Positions 39,597 through 54,800 of a DNA stretch of 64,000 bases are shown piece by piece. The notes under the pieces are model-generated. The model had not been told where the DNA came from, searched no databases, and saw only the letters and a list, made by a program, of their open reading frames with translations. Location: contig CM000432.1 in the NCBI GenBank assembly GCA_000165345.1, positions 160,001 to 224,000 on the forward strand, given 5' to 3'. Positions within the stretch are counted from its first letter, which is position 1; each line of letters begins with the position of its first letter. Made by a program: the position numbers and the translations under genes.

Positions 39597-40187
39597 CTAA
39601 AATGAGTCCTTAAGATAACTGGAAACACCTTCATGAGTAGCTGACATTCCTTTTTGGCCCTTCTTCCAGTTTGCTGGGCAAACTTCACCATAGGTTTCAG
39701 TGAATTGAAGTGCATCAATAACACGTAGAGTTTCTTCGACTGATCTTCCTAATGGTAAGTCATAGATTACTTCAGAACGAACAACACCCTCCTTGTCAAT
39801 GATGAATAAACCTCTGAGAGCAATACCTTCTTCCTCGAGAAGTACACCATAGTTCTTGCTAATTGAATGAGATGAGTCAGAGATAAGTGGGAAATTGACT
39901 GGTCCAATTCCACCTTGTTCAAGAGGAGTACGTCTCCATGCAGCATGGGAGTATTGAGAATCAACTGAGACAGCGAGGAGCTGTACTCCCAATTTCTCAA
40001 AGTCTTTTTGTGCTTGATTGAATGCTAAGATTTCAGATGGACATACAAATGTGAAGTTTAATGGATAGAAGAACAATACAACGTATTTTCCTCTGTAGTC
40101 GCTCAAGGAGACCTTCTTGAATGAACCATCTGCCATAACAGCTTCAGCAGTAAAGTTTGGTGCTAACTTTCTAACTAATGTACTCAT
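39597..40187 (-). CDS. Typical 2-Cys peroxiredoxin (thioredoxin peroxidase)
   Basis: The peroxidatic Cys motif FYPLNFTFVCPSEILAF and the resolving Cys context GEVCPANWKKG are both present. The protein is 196 aa with an ATG start. Confidence 0.9.
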   Translation of the reverse strand: MSTLVRKLAPNFTAEAVMADGSFKKVSLSDYRGKYVVLFFYPLNFTFVCPSEILAFNQAQKDFEKLGVQLLAVSVDSQYSHAAWRRTPLEQGGIGPVNFPLISDSSHSISKNYGVLLEEEGIALRGLFIIDKEGVVRSEVIYDLPLGRSVEETLRVIDALQFTETYGEVCPANWKKGQKGMSATHEGVSSYLKDSF

Positions 40188-40636
40188 TTCAATAGACTAT
40201 TGTATACTTTAAAATGGAATAATAGTGAATTTTGTAAAAAATATTTCACTTTACTGGAAATTAAATTAAATTCACAAATTGAATTTATTGATTCAAGGTC
40301 AATTTATTTTGTACCTAAATATCCTCAGTTATATCTCGAAGCAATAATGAGGGGTAATTCCCGGAATAATTTCTCCGAGTTGGCGCTTAAGTCTTAAAAA
40401 TGCATGTAAAAAAAAATAAGAAAAAAATAAAAAAAAAGAGAAAAATCGATTTGGATAAATTTATCACCTGGAATTAAGAGCTATTTGAATATGGAAAGTA
40501 TTGAAAAGCAGTAATTGATTGGTATTTTTTCTTTATTGAAGATAATCCTTGAATTAAAATGAACAAAATTTGCTTTTTTTTTTCTTTCAAGTTTGATCAA
40601 ATTATTAAATATTAGGGCTAAATTATTTCATTTTGA

Positions 40637-41113
40637 TTAAAATGATTGTAATTCAGAAAGTACAGTTGAAAATGTAGATCCAGCCTTTATAGTATTAATT
40701 CTAAATAACGGATAGTTATCCCAAGAACTGATCATGGAAAGGCAAAATCTGAGTTGACAAGATTTACTATATGTTAAAAGATTATAGTTAATAAATAAAC
40801 AATAAAAAAAAATAGTGGGAAAGAGTAACTTACTTAACATCTGTGACAAGAATTGCATGATTAGTTTGGTCTGATAAGAACAATATATGGTACTTGATAG
40901 GCGCAGAACCAATATTACCCAGAATATTTAATATGGAAGAATTGATTATTGCATTCAGAAGATCTGCATTAATAAAATTCTTTGGAATTCCCTCTCTATT
41001 AAGAAAACAGAGTGATTGAAGTTGGTAAAATTTAATATTGATAAGTATTTAACGTACATTTTAATAAGAATATATTCCAGATCACTTTTCTTTGTAAATG
41101 ACCATTTACTCAT
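40637..41113 (-). CDS. Small longin/TRAPP Bet5 (TRAPPC1)-like protein, 3 exons (~115 aa), tentative
   Basis: Exon 1 (41113..41058) is followed by a GTACGT donor. Exon 2 (40995..40834) follows a TTAATAG acceptor and ends at a GTAAGT donor. Exon 3 (40766..40637) follows an ACATATAG acceptor. Conceptual product: MSKWSFTKKSDLEYILIK/IEGIPKNFINADLLNAIINSSILNILGNIGSAPIKYHILFLSDQTNHAILVTDVK/NKSCQLRFCLSMISSWDNYPLF...STFSTVLSELQSF. The GIPK box and KYH..(12)..LVTD resemble TRAPPC1 (QAGIPKEEEYKLMYGMLFSIRSF ... RYKLHYYETPTGIKVVMNTD). Confidence 0.35.
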
Positions 41114-41536
41114 TTCCAAAGGAAATCGAAGTATAAATTCTTTTAACCCCAGCAATTTCTAAAAATTTTGAGCTATATTGATTATTTTAATAACCAATTT
41201 AAAAGCTAATTATTATAAAAGCTGTTAGGTTTTATAATATTTTTATTACTTTGGAAGAAAAGTAAAAAAAAAAACACTTTCGGCGCCACAAAATTGCCGC
41301 CAAAGTGTAGTGGTAGCCTATTAAGTAACTTAACCATGCAAAGTATGATAAAAAAGAAAAATTTGCACCAAATAAAGTATAAAAGAAATTTAATGAAAAT
41401 TTGAGAATTAAAAATACTTAGAATTTGAGTAGTTTAAAAATATAAGGTGAAGTTTAAGAAGAAAGTGGGTTGGTAAGCTAAAGGTGAATATTGAAAATAA
41501 ATCAATAAGGAAATCAAAAGAAGAAAAAAATTAGGG

Positions 41537-43603
41537 ATGTTATTTCACCTAGGAGCGCTAACATGGTTGAGTTTATTTGCTCATTATGCAAAGCTTCAAA
41601 TGGATTCTATTGATTTTTCAGGAACCTCAGACCAAGATGAGTGCAGTATCCAATGTAATTTAAATTTTTTCCCATATTGTGCAACAAATGGGGTAACTTA
41701 TATAAATGAATGTTTTTATATGAGAGCAAGATGTTTAGATCCAAAAATTCAATTACAAAAGATGCCAGGAATACCATGTGGATTACTTGGATCAATGGAT
41801 GCAACTAAATATACTGGATGTGAGAAAGGGTGTGCTCCAGTAGAGTTTCCATATTGTGGTACAAATGGTGTAACTTATATAAATAACTGTGCATTGGATA
41901 TAGCTATGTGCGAAGATGCAAACATTCAATTGGCAAGATTACCAGGTTTAGCGTGTGGAAGTGAGACTAAATTTTCTATTTCAACTTCAGAATGCGAAGG
42001 ATTATGTTCAGAGCATTATATTCCCTATTGTGGTTCTGATGGAAAAACATATATTAATTATTGTGAATTTAGAAAGTCTAGATGCAGAGATCCAACTCTA
42101 TCAATTGTTGGTTTTCCAGGATTACCTTGTGAGAGTCAGATTTACGATGAAAAAGTTATTATTCAACAGACAAGAAAAATTGAATGTTTAAGAAAAAATA
42201 AATGTTCATCTATATTAATACCAATATGTGGATCAGATGGTGTAACTTATAGGAACCCATGCGAATTTAAGAGAGCAAGATGTAGAGATCCTAGTTTAAG
42301 AAGAGCAAATATACTTTTACCTTGTGGGAGTAAAATATCTGATGGTGTTGAAAATATTATTGATAAAATGCCAAATACTACATCAACTGGAATTCATAAA
42401 TCATGTTGGTTTAAATGTACTAAAGTATGGGAATATCCATTATGTGGTTCAGATGGTATAACTTATAGTAGTTATTGTGAAATGAGAAATGCTTTATGTT
42501 TGGATCCAGATTTAAGACTTGTCAAAATTCCTGGAGTGAAATGTTCAGGTGATTTTCAATTTACTAATCCAATAGAAATTGATAAATGCAGGGATGATTG
42601 CCCATTTGGTAAGACATTATCATATATATGTGGAAGTGATAATAAGACATATTTTAGTTACTGTGAATTTAGTAATGAAATGTGTAGAAATCCTGAATTA
42701 TATTTAGCAAAGCCTATGGGATTTCCATGTAGAGAGGAAGATAGAAATAAAGATCTGGAATCTGTAGCTAAAGAGTATCAGACTATGGATGAGGTATATT
42801 TTGGCATTACAAATTTCAAATCTAATGCTTTTGAGGAAAAGATTGAAGAATCAAGAATGACAGAAAATTCTGTTATTGTAATAAATAATGCAAATTTACA
42901 AGAAGAAATCAGAAATGGAATAGAAAAGAATTCTGGTTTATTATTTGATAATAAAATTTACAATAGTAATAATTATAACCATATTGAGACTAATAATACA
43001 TTACATAAGAATATTACTAATATGCTTGGCTATGAGGTTCATATGTTAAATCATGGATTAGAGACAACTAATTGTGAATTTGATTGTAGTCATTCACCTA
43101 GAATGGCTCATTGTGGCAGTAATATGTTAACATATCCTTCAGGATGTGCATTTCATAGAGATCAATGTAGAAATCCAAAATTACAGCTTGTTGCAGAGCC
43201 AGGAATACCATGCTCAGAATTGGGAAATTTTAGGATTACTCAAGAAAAGATGCAGGAATGTTTGAGGGATTGTACTCATTCTCAGAAAGTTTATCATTGT
43301 TTGAATACTGGAGAAACTATATATAGTTATTGTGAATTTCTTTATCTACAATGTTTAATTTCTGGATATAGAATAATTGGACATGCGGGAATTCCATGTG
43401 ATGATATAAGTGAATACAGGTATTATAAGAAATCATCAAATGAGAGTTCTATTGATAATAGTAAAACAAATGATTTTAATGTTGGTGGTGGTGATTATCT
43501 TGAAAATAAAGAACGTGAATTTCAGAAGAAGATCAGAGAAATGCTTAATGAGATACCTTCTTATGAATATACTGGTTTAAATAGAATCAATCACAATTAT
43601 TAG
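41537..43603 (+). CDS. Secreted multi-domain Kazal-type serine protease inhibitor (~8 Kazal-like domains)
   Basis: It has a signal peptide (MLFHLGALTWLSLFAHYAKLQ). Kazal cores of the form C-x(6,7)-C-G-[ST][ND]G-x-T-Y-x-[NS]-x-C-x(6)-C recur, for example CNLNFFPYCATNGVTYINECFYMRARC, CAPVEFPYCGTNGVTYINNCALDIAMC, CSEHYIPYCGSDGKTYINYCEFRKSRC, CSSILIPICGSDGVTYRNPCEFKRARC, CTKVWEYPLCGSDGITYSSYCEMRNALC and CPFGKTLSYICGSDNKTYFSYCEFSNEMC. Confidence 0.8.
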   Translation: MLFHLGALTWLSLFAHYAKLQMDSIDFSGTSDQDECSIQCNLNFFPYCATNGVTYINECFYMRARCLDPKIQLQKMPGIPCGLLGSMDATKYTGCEKGCAPVEFPYCGTNGVTYINNCALDIAMCEDANIQLARLPGLACGSETKFSISTSECEGLCSEHYIPYCGSDGKTYINYCEFRKSRCRDPTLSIVGFPGLPCESQIYDEKVIIQQTRKIECLRKNKCSSILIPICGSDGVTYRNPCEFKRARCRDPSLRRANILLPCGSKISDGVENIIDKMPNTTSTGIHKSCWFKCTKVWEYPLCGSDGITYSSYCEMRNALCLDPDLRLVKIPGVKCSGDFQFTNPIEIDKCRDDCPFGKTLSYICGSDNKTYFSYCEFSNEMCRNPELYLAKPMGFPCREEDRNKDLESVAKEYQTMDEVYFGITNFKSNAFEEKIEESRMTENSVIVINNANLQEEIRNGIEKNSGLLFDNKIYNSNNYNHIETNNTLHKNITNMLGYEVHMLNHGLETTNCEFDCSHSPRMAHCGSNMLTYPSGCAFHRDQCRNPKLQLVAEPGIPCSELGNFRITQEKMQECLRDCTHSQKVYHCLNTGETIYSYCEFLYLQCLISGYRIIGHAGIPCDDISEYRYYKKSSNESSIDNSKTNDFNVGGGDYLENKEREFQKKIREMLNEIPSYEYTGLNRINHNY

Positions 43604-43657
43604 TAATTCAATAAGATCTTAATGGGGGAGAAAAAATTCGCATATTTATTAATATAT

Positions 43658-44468
43658 TCATTGTTTATAGTATAATGAAATTGCTTCCATAAACTAAAAA
43701 TCAAAGCAAATTAAAATAATTATAGTAATTGTAATATATATCATATTTATTATAATAAAGAACAAACTTACCACTTTAATTCTGGCTTTAATGGAAGAAA
43801 TATCATGATTTAACTTTTCAATTTTACTAATAAATAACAAGAGAGAGAGATAAGAAGAGTATTATTATTATTTTTTTAATAAATTAATAAATAATTTGAA
43901 CTTACCTATGTTCAAATTCTTGTTTAAGACTTAATATATTAGGAATTTCATCGAGATTAAGTTCAAGAAAGAATCCAAATGAAAGTTCTACACATATCTT
44001 GGATAAATCAGGGCTGAAAAAGAAAGAATTCCAGAATATAGTATTAAAAATTGTGTTCATAAATATTTATTAGCAATATTATAATTATGAAAAATTGAAA
44101 AGATGTCCAAAAGTTAAACTTACATGAGAGTATCAACATAAACATCACATCCAAGATTTGTTCTTGTATTTAACTCGCTTAAATTCATCTCTTTAAAGAT
44201 TGAAACATTTCTTTCAAGCTTTTGTCTGTATTAACAAAAAATGAGAAATTAGAAGAAGAAGAGGAGGAAGAAAAATTTGATCAAATCATAATTAGAAATA
44301 ATTTCAAATTAAATTTTAAGCTTTAAATCTCTATTTCACTTACATTTCCTGGATTTTAACCAAAACTTCTTCTTTTTGCTTTAAAAGATTTTCAAGATCT
44401 TTCTGAAGTACATTTTCAAGAAAATCCTCATATTTATGAATTTCCTCTATTTGTTCATCTGCATTCAT
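43658..44468 (-). CDS. UXT: UXT/prefoldin-like protein, 5 exons (139 aa); absent from the ORF track
   Basis: Exons (minus strand) are 44468..44343, 44218..44124, 44013..43906, 43826..43772 and 43693..43658. Every donor is GTAAGT and the acceptors are CAAAAG, TTTTCAG, TTATTAG and TTTTTAG. Product: MNADEQIEEIHKYEDFLENVLQKDLENLLKQKEEVLVKIQEM/LERNVSIFKEMNLSELNTRTNLGCDVYVDTL/IPDLSKICVELSFGFFLELNLDEIPNILSLKQEFEH/SKIEKLNHDISSIKARIKV/FMEAISLYYKQ. It is collinear with human UXT (YETFISDVLQRDLRKVL...[57 protein letters not shown]...). Confidence 0.6.
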
Positions 44469-45092
44469 ATTCAAATTAATATTAATGCAAAATTCTTTTA
44501 GTTAAATTAAATCTTTTTTTATTATATTCCTATTTCTAACTTTAATTTCCTTTTATTTATCCTTATTCAATAACAAGAATTTGTTCAGATTAAACTAATA
44601 AGTAAGTTTGATCTGTAATAATTCTCACACACAAATATTTCCTTATATATTTCATAAACAAAATTTTTTTATTAAGGTACTGATATTAATATTAAGGATG
44701 GTTCACTATTTCCCGCCAAAAAAAAAAAATCAGTTAATTTATATATTAATTAATTGAATAATACAAAGTAGGATATTGGATGTAGGAAGAAAGGATTATT
44801 GTAAATAAATATTTCATTTTAACTTAATTATTTTAACATTAAAGTTTTTATAATGTACAAATTTATTTACATAGAAAGAAATTATTTTGTATGATTATAA
44901 GAATTTTCTTATATTATTAGTCAAAATATAATTTTCGAGGTTTTCCCGCCTTTTTTTTATAATGTTAATTCTAATTTTAACATGCACAAGAGAATGAATA
45001 GAAACGATTTAAAAGGGACAAAAAAAAAAAAAAGGAGAAGATTAAGAAAATAAGCATTAATTAAATCCAATTACCGATAAATTGAGTCAAGT

Positions 45093-45806
45093 TTAATTGG
45101 AGCTTATAGTGGACATATTTGCATCCAAATTCTCATTATTATTGGGATTGGAGGATTGAGATGTGGGACCTTGGGAAGAAGAAAGTTTTTGGCTATTTAA
45201 ATTTGAAATTTGAGAAGGTTTAGGAGAAGAGTTTGAGGATATTTGAGAATTAATAGAGTCTTGAGAGTCATTATTTGAACTCTTTTGTGAGTTTATTTGA
45301 TCTTCATCACAACAAGATGAAAGATTTTGATCTTCTTGTTTAGTATCCCAACCAATATTAAATCTAGTAAGTCTTGGAGATTCACTAAGAATAATTCTTT
45401 GAAGTTTATCAAGAATTGGAATATCAGGTGGATTATCTTCAAGTAAGGGATCAGTGTAAACATTATGTACATAATATCCTATTCTGATAAATTCTTCATT
45501 TCTATAGGATCCAAGAATTAAAACTACTGCCATTCCATGTATATCTTCAGGAGGAATTTTTGTAAAATCTGGAGAAGGAGCTTTAAAAATAAATTTTAAT
45601 GCTCCTCTTGTTATAGGTCCTAAGGCAATACAATCAAGTTCTTGGTCCATATCTTTAGATTCTGCACAACTAATATATACAATTTTCCATTCAAGATCTT
45701 CTTCTAGATTTTGTAGACATTCAAAAGAAATTTCAAATTCGAAAGGATCTGTAATTTCTGTTGGATTCTTAAAAACTTTAACTGAAGTTACATTTACTAG
45801 TGACAT
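45093..45806 (-). CDS. ASF1: Histone chaperone ASF1 (anti-silencing function 1) with S/N/Q-rich tail
   Basis: MSLVNVTSVKVFKNPTEITDPFEFEISFECLQNLEEDLEWKIVYI...LGPITRGALKFIFKAPSPDFTKIPPEDIHGMAVVLILGSYRNEEFIRIGYYVHNVYTDPLLEDNPP is collinear with the ASF1 core ([45 protein letters not shown]). Confidence 0.85.
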   Translation of the reverse strand: MSLVNVTSVKVFKNPTEITDPFEFEISFECLQNLEEDLEWKIVYISCAESKDMDQELDCIALGPITRGALKFIFKAPSPDFTKIPPEDIHGMAVVLILGSYRNEEFIRIGYYVHNVYTDPLLEDNPPDIPILDKLQRIILSESPRLTRFNIGWDTKQEDQNLSSCCDEDQINSQKSSNNDSQDSINSQISSNSSPKPSQISNLNSQKLSSSQGPTSQSSNPNNNENLDANMSTISSN

Positions 45807-46723
45807 TTTTTTTTTTCTATATTTTTTATATTTCTATTTATCACTATATCTTTCTTTTCTTTATTATTTAATTTATTTCTTCCTCTCCTCTATAACTTCT
45901 TTTCCACAATATTTAATATCTTATCTTATAAATTTAGCTAATGAATTTAAATTCTTAAGGTAACAATTCCAACAAAACCATTCACAATTAAAACAAAAAA
46001 TCTGTAATTACTTGAGAGAACACACAAATAATTACTTGCTTAGATATAAAATATATTACATTTATATATAATGAATATTTTCAAGTTTATCTATGCTTTC
46101 TTAAATATTAAAAGTTCAGAAACTTGTAATCTATATATATAAATATATATATTATCTTTTTGTTTCACTTATTTTTTTTTTTTTTCCCTCTATAAAGTAA
46201 ATATATTTAATCTTAATATAAAAATAAAATATATTTTTTTTTGGTGTTTGGGCGGGCTTCCCCCAAATATAATTAATTAATAATTTTTTTCGTGATCTAA
46301 GCGAGGTTGTAAAATAAGGACAAAAGTAAAAATATAAAATAAATGATAAATTAAGAAAATAATGATAATAAAAGTAGGATTAAATAATATTATTTGATGA
46401 ATATTAGTAGCAATTAGAATAGTATTTCAAAACTATATTTGAAGATTTAATCCAAATTGGATGAGTTTTCTTATAATTGTTTTTTTTTTTCATTATATTT
46501 AATAAAAGGTACCGACTAATTAATTCAGTGGGGGGTAAACACAAATTTTTTTTTTTTTTTAAATTTAAAATATTAATTTATAAATATTCTAGATTTAATT
46601 AATCCGAGTTAAAATCAAGATAGATATTTATAGATATATATTAAAATAATAATAAATTATAATATAAATAAATAAATATATTAAAAAGTAATTATTATGT
46701 AAGATTAAAAAATAGTATAAAAT

Positions 46724-51043
<4,320 letters not shown>

Positions 51044-51295
51044 TATTAGCTCTATATATAATACTCGAATTTCAGTATCAAAGTAATACTTTAATTTATA
51101 TTTATAAAACTATTATTCATTCTTTTTTTTTTTTTTTTTTTTTTTAAATAAATTAATTCCCATTTTAATAAATATTTTATTCCCCACTTATTTATATATA
51201 TAATATAAATTATTTACACGTAATTATTATTTAAATGACGTGGGTTAATACCGCCAAAATATTTTATATTATTTCTTGTGGACTGAAAAAGTATT

Positions 51296-51307
51296 TGCAT
51301 GCATGCA
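51296..51307. promoter_or_regulatory. Palindromic TGCATGCATGCA (GCATGC-type) motif upstream of TOP2
   Basis: tgcatgcatgca sits ~530 bp upstream of the TOP2 ATG. Related TGCATGCA/CATGCAT elements occur at 4291-4297, 18141-18149, 22345-22365, 25748-25766, 32604-32613 and 60211-60218. This is over-represented for a ~30% GC sequence. Confidence 0.45.
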
Positions 51308-51839
51308 AAAAATTGGTATACCGGTATTAACAAAAATTACATAAAAATAATTAAATTATAAGGGAGGGAAAATATTTTATTAATAATTAATGAAAAATAA
51401 TAATAAAAATTTTTAATATTAAATATAAATACTAAAAAAGTATTGTATAAAAAAAAAAAACAAAGATTTTGAATAATAAATATAACTTTTTTTTTCTTTC
51501 ATTCCTCCTCCACTCTCTTTTTTTTTTTAACTAGTATTATAAAGATATAAAGAGAAATACTAATGCAAATATATCAAATATAAGTAAGTTTAATATAAAA
51601 AAAGAAGAAAAATAAGAATAAGGAAATATATTAATATTTACAGATATTATAAAAAAAATATATATTAAAGTAAATAAATAAGATATGTTGTAATATATAA
51701 ATATATATGTATATATATATATGTATTTATTTATTTATTTATATTTAAATAAAAGTTAATCATTACAAATAGAAAATAAAGATAAAGATAATAAAATAAG
51801 AATCAAATAACTATTAATATTAATATTTAAAAAGAAAAG

Positions 51840-54800
51840 ATGATTTTAGAAGAAAATCAATTAGAAAATAATGAATTAATTAGTAATAGTAAAATAACAA
51901 GTAAACCAAAAATGGTAAATAAATCAAAAAAAACAGTTGAAGAAAGATATCAAAAAAAAACACAAATTGAACATATATTACTAAGACCTGATACATATAT
52001 TGGAAGTACAGAATTTCATGAACAAGCATTATGGGTTTGGGATGATTCAAATATGAAAATGGTCTATAAGACCATTAATTATGTACCTGGTTTATATAAG
52101 ATTTTTGATGAAATCTTAGTTAATGCTGCTGATGTTAAAGCTAGAGAAATTTCAACTAAAAATAATCATATTTTTGAAAAATGTACTTGTATTAAAGTTG
52201 AAATTAATAGAGAAAAAAAAGAAATTACTGTATTTAATGATGGAGAAGGAATACCAATTGAAATACATAGAGAACATCAAGTATATGTTCCAGAATTAAT
52301 TTTTGGACATTTATTAACTTCTGATAATTATGATGATAATGAAGATAGAGTTACTGGAGGAAGAAATGGTTTTGGAGCAAAACTTACTAATATATTCTCT
52401 AAAGAATTTAAAGTAGAATGTGGTGATAATAATACTGGAAGAATCTTCAAAATGACTTGGTATGATAATATGTCCAAAAAAAGTGAAGAAAATATTAAAG
52501 AAAATTACTCAGGAAAATCTTATGTTAAAATTACTTTTAAACCAGATTTATCAAGATTTGGTAATATGAAAGATTTTGATGATGATATTATTTCATTACT
52601 AAATAAAAGAGTTTATGATATTTCTGGTACTTCTGGTGTTAAAGTATATTTAAATGGTTCTTTAATTCCTATTAAAGATTTTAAATCATACACATTACTT
52701 TATTTAAAATCAAGAATGAACAATACTAATAATATTGAAAACAATAATAATAATAATAATAATAATGAAAAGAAAACAAGTACAACAAGAACATTAAGAA
52801 ATACAAACAAAAAAAATATGTCGAAAAATAATAGTTATGATGATGAATTTGAAAATTACAATGTTGAAAATGAAGATGAATATGATAATAATTTTGAAGA
52901 AGATATTATGGAAGATGATGAATGGGATGATGAACCTAAATCATCTAAGAAAAAAAACTCAAATTCAAATTCCAAGAAGAAAAAATTAGGACAAAATGGT
53001 AATGGATCATCATCTTCATTAATATTATCCGGTGGAGGAGGTAGTGATACAAACTCTCCTCTAATAATATATGAAAGTGTTCCAAAATGGGAAATTGTTA
53101 TTAGTGAATCTGATGGAGGACAATTTCAACATGTATCTTTTGTTAACTCAATTTGCACAATTAAAGGAGGAACCCATATTTCTTATGTATTAGATCCTTT
53201 AATCAATGCTATTCTTAAAAAAGTTCAAACTAAAAATAAAGGTGGAATGGATGTTAAAAGTAACCACGTTAAAAATCATATATGGATCTTTATTAAATGT
53301 CTTATTGTAAATCCCTCATTTGACTCTCAAACTAAAGAAACTTTAACAACAAAAGTTTCAAAATTTGGATCAGTATGCACATTATCTGAGAAAACTATTA
53401 ATAGTGTCGTAAAAAGTTCAATTGTTGAAAATGTATTAATGTGGGCTCAACTTAAACAAAGTATGGAATTAAAAAAGAAAATGAAATCAAACCAAAAAAA
53501 TACAGTAACTAGCAGACTTTTAGGAATCCCAAAACTTGAAGATGCAAACGAAGCTGGTGGACCCCATTCTAAAAAATGTACTCTTATACTTACTGAAGGT
53601 GATTCTGCTAAAACTTCTTGTCTTGCAGGATTATCTATTGTTGGTAGAGACTATTTTGGAGTATTTCCACTACGTGGTAAACTTTTAAATGTTAGAGAAG
53701 CTTCATTTAAACAACAAATTGGTAATGTTGAAATACAAAATATTCTTAAAATATTGGGATTAGGTATTGGACAAAAATATGATAATGGACCAGTCAATTT
53801 AAGATATGGTTCTTTAATGCTAATGACTGATCAAGATCATGATGGTAGTCATATTAAAGGACTCATTATTAATTTAATACATTATTATTGGCCAAGTTTA
53901 ATTCATTTTAGAGGATTCTTAAAACAATTTGTAACTCCTATTGTTAAAGCTAAAAAAGGATCTAATGAAATCTCGTTCTTTACTTTATATGAATATGAAC
54001 AATGGAGAAAGAATAATTCATCAAACTTAAATGGATGGAGATTCAAGTATTATAAAGGTTTAGGTACATCTACAGATCTTGAATTTAAAGAGTATTTTAC
54101 AAAGATTGAAAATCATAGTATTGAATTTGATTGGATGGATGATCAAGATGATGAAGCCATTGATATGGCATTTAGTAAGAAAAGAACTGAAGATAGAAAG
54201 AACTGGATTGAATCTTATAAAGAAGGAACTTATGTTGATTATTCTATTAATAATCAATGCAGAAATTTAAGATATTTTGATTTTATTCATAAAGAACTTG
54301 TATTATTTAGTAGATATGATACTACTAGATCTATTCCAAATTTATTAGATGGTTTAAAACCTGGACAAAGAAAAGTACTTTTTGCAACATTTAAAAAAAA
54401 GCTTAATAATGAACTTAAAGTTGCACAATTAGCTGGTTATGTTGCTGAACATAGTGCTTATCATCATGGAGAATCATCATTGCAAAGTACTATTGTTAAT
54501 ATGGCTCAAAATTTTGTTGGAAGTAATAATCTAAATCTATTAGAACCATGTGGTCAATTTGGTAGTAGAAAAGAAGGTGGAAAAGATGCAAGTGCTGCTC
54601 GTTATATATTTACTAAGCTATCTAAATGGACTAGATATATTTTCCCAGAGGCTGATGATCCTTTATTAACTTATTTATATGATGATGGACAACAAATTGA
54701 ACCTTTATATTACGTTCCAATAATTCCAATGATTTTGGTAAATGGTACTGATGGAATTGGTACAGGTTGGAGTAGTTCAGTTCCTAACTATAATCCAAAA

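Noticed and set aside
51100-51840. Poly-T(24), poly-A tracts and TATATGTATATATA stretches upstream of TOP2 as a possible mobile element or telomere-like repeat
   Set aside because: These are simple AT homopolymers and microsatellites typical of the AT-rich intergenic DNA here, with no terminal repeats or coding capacity.
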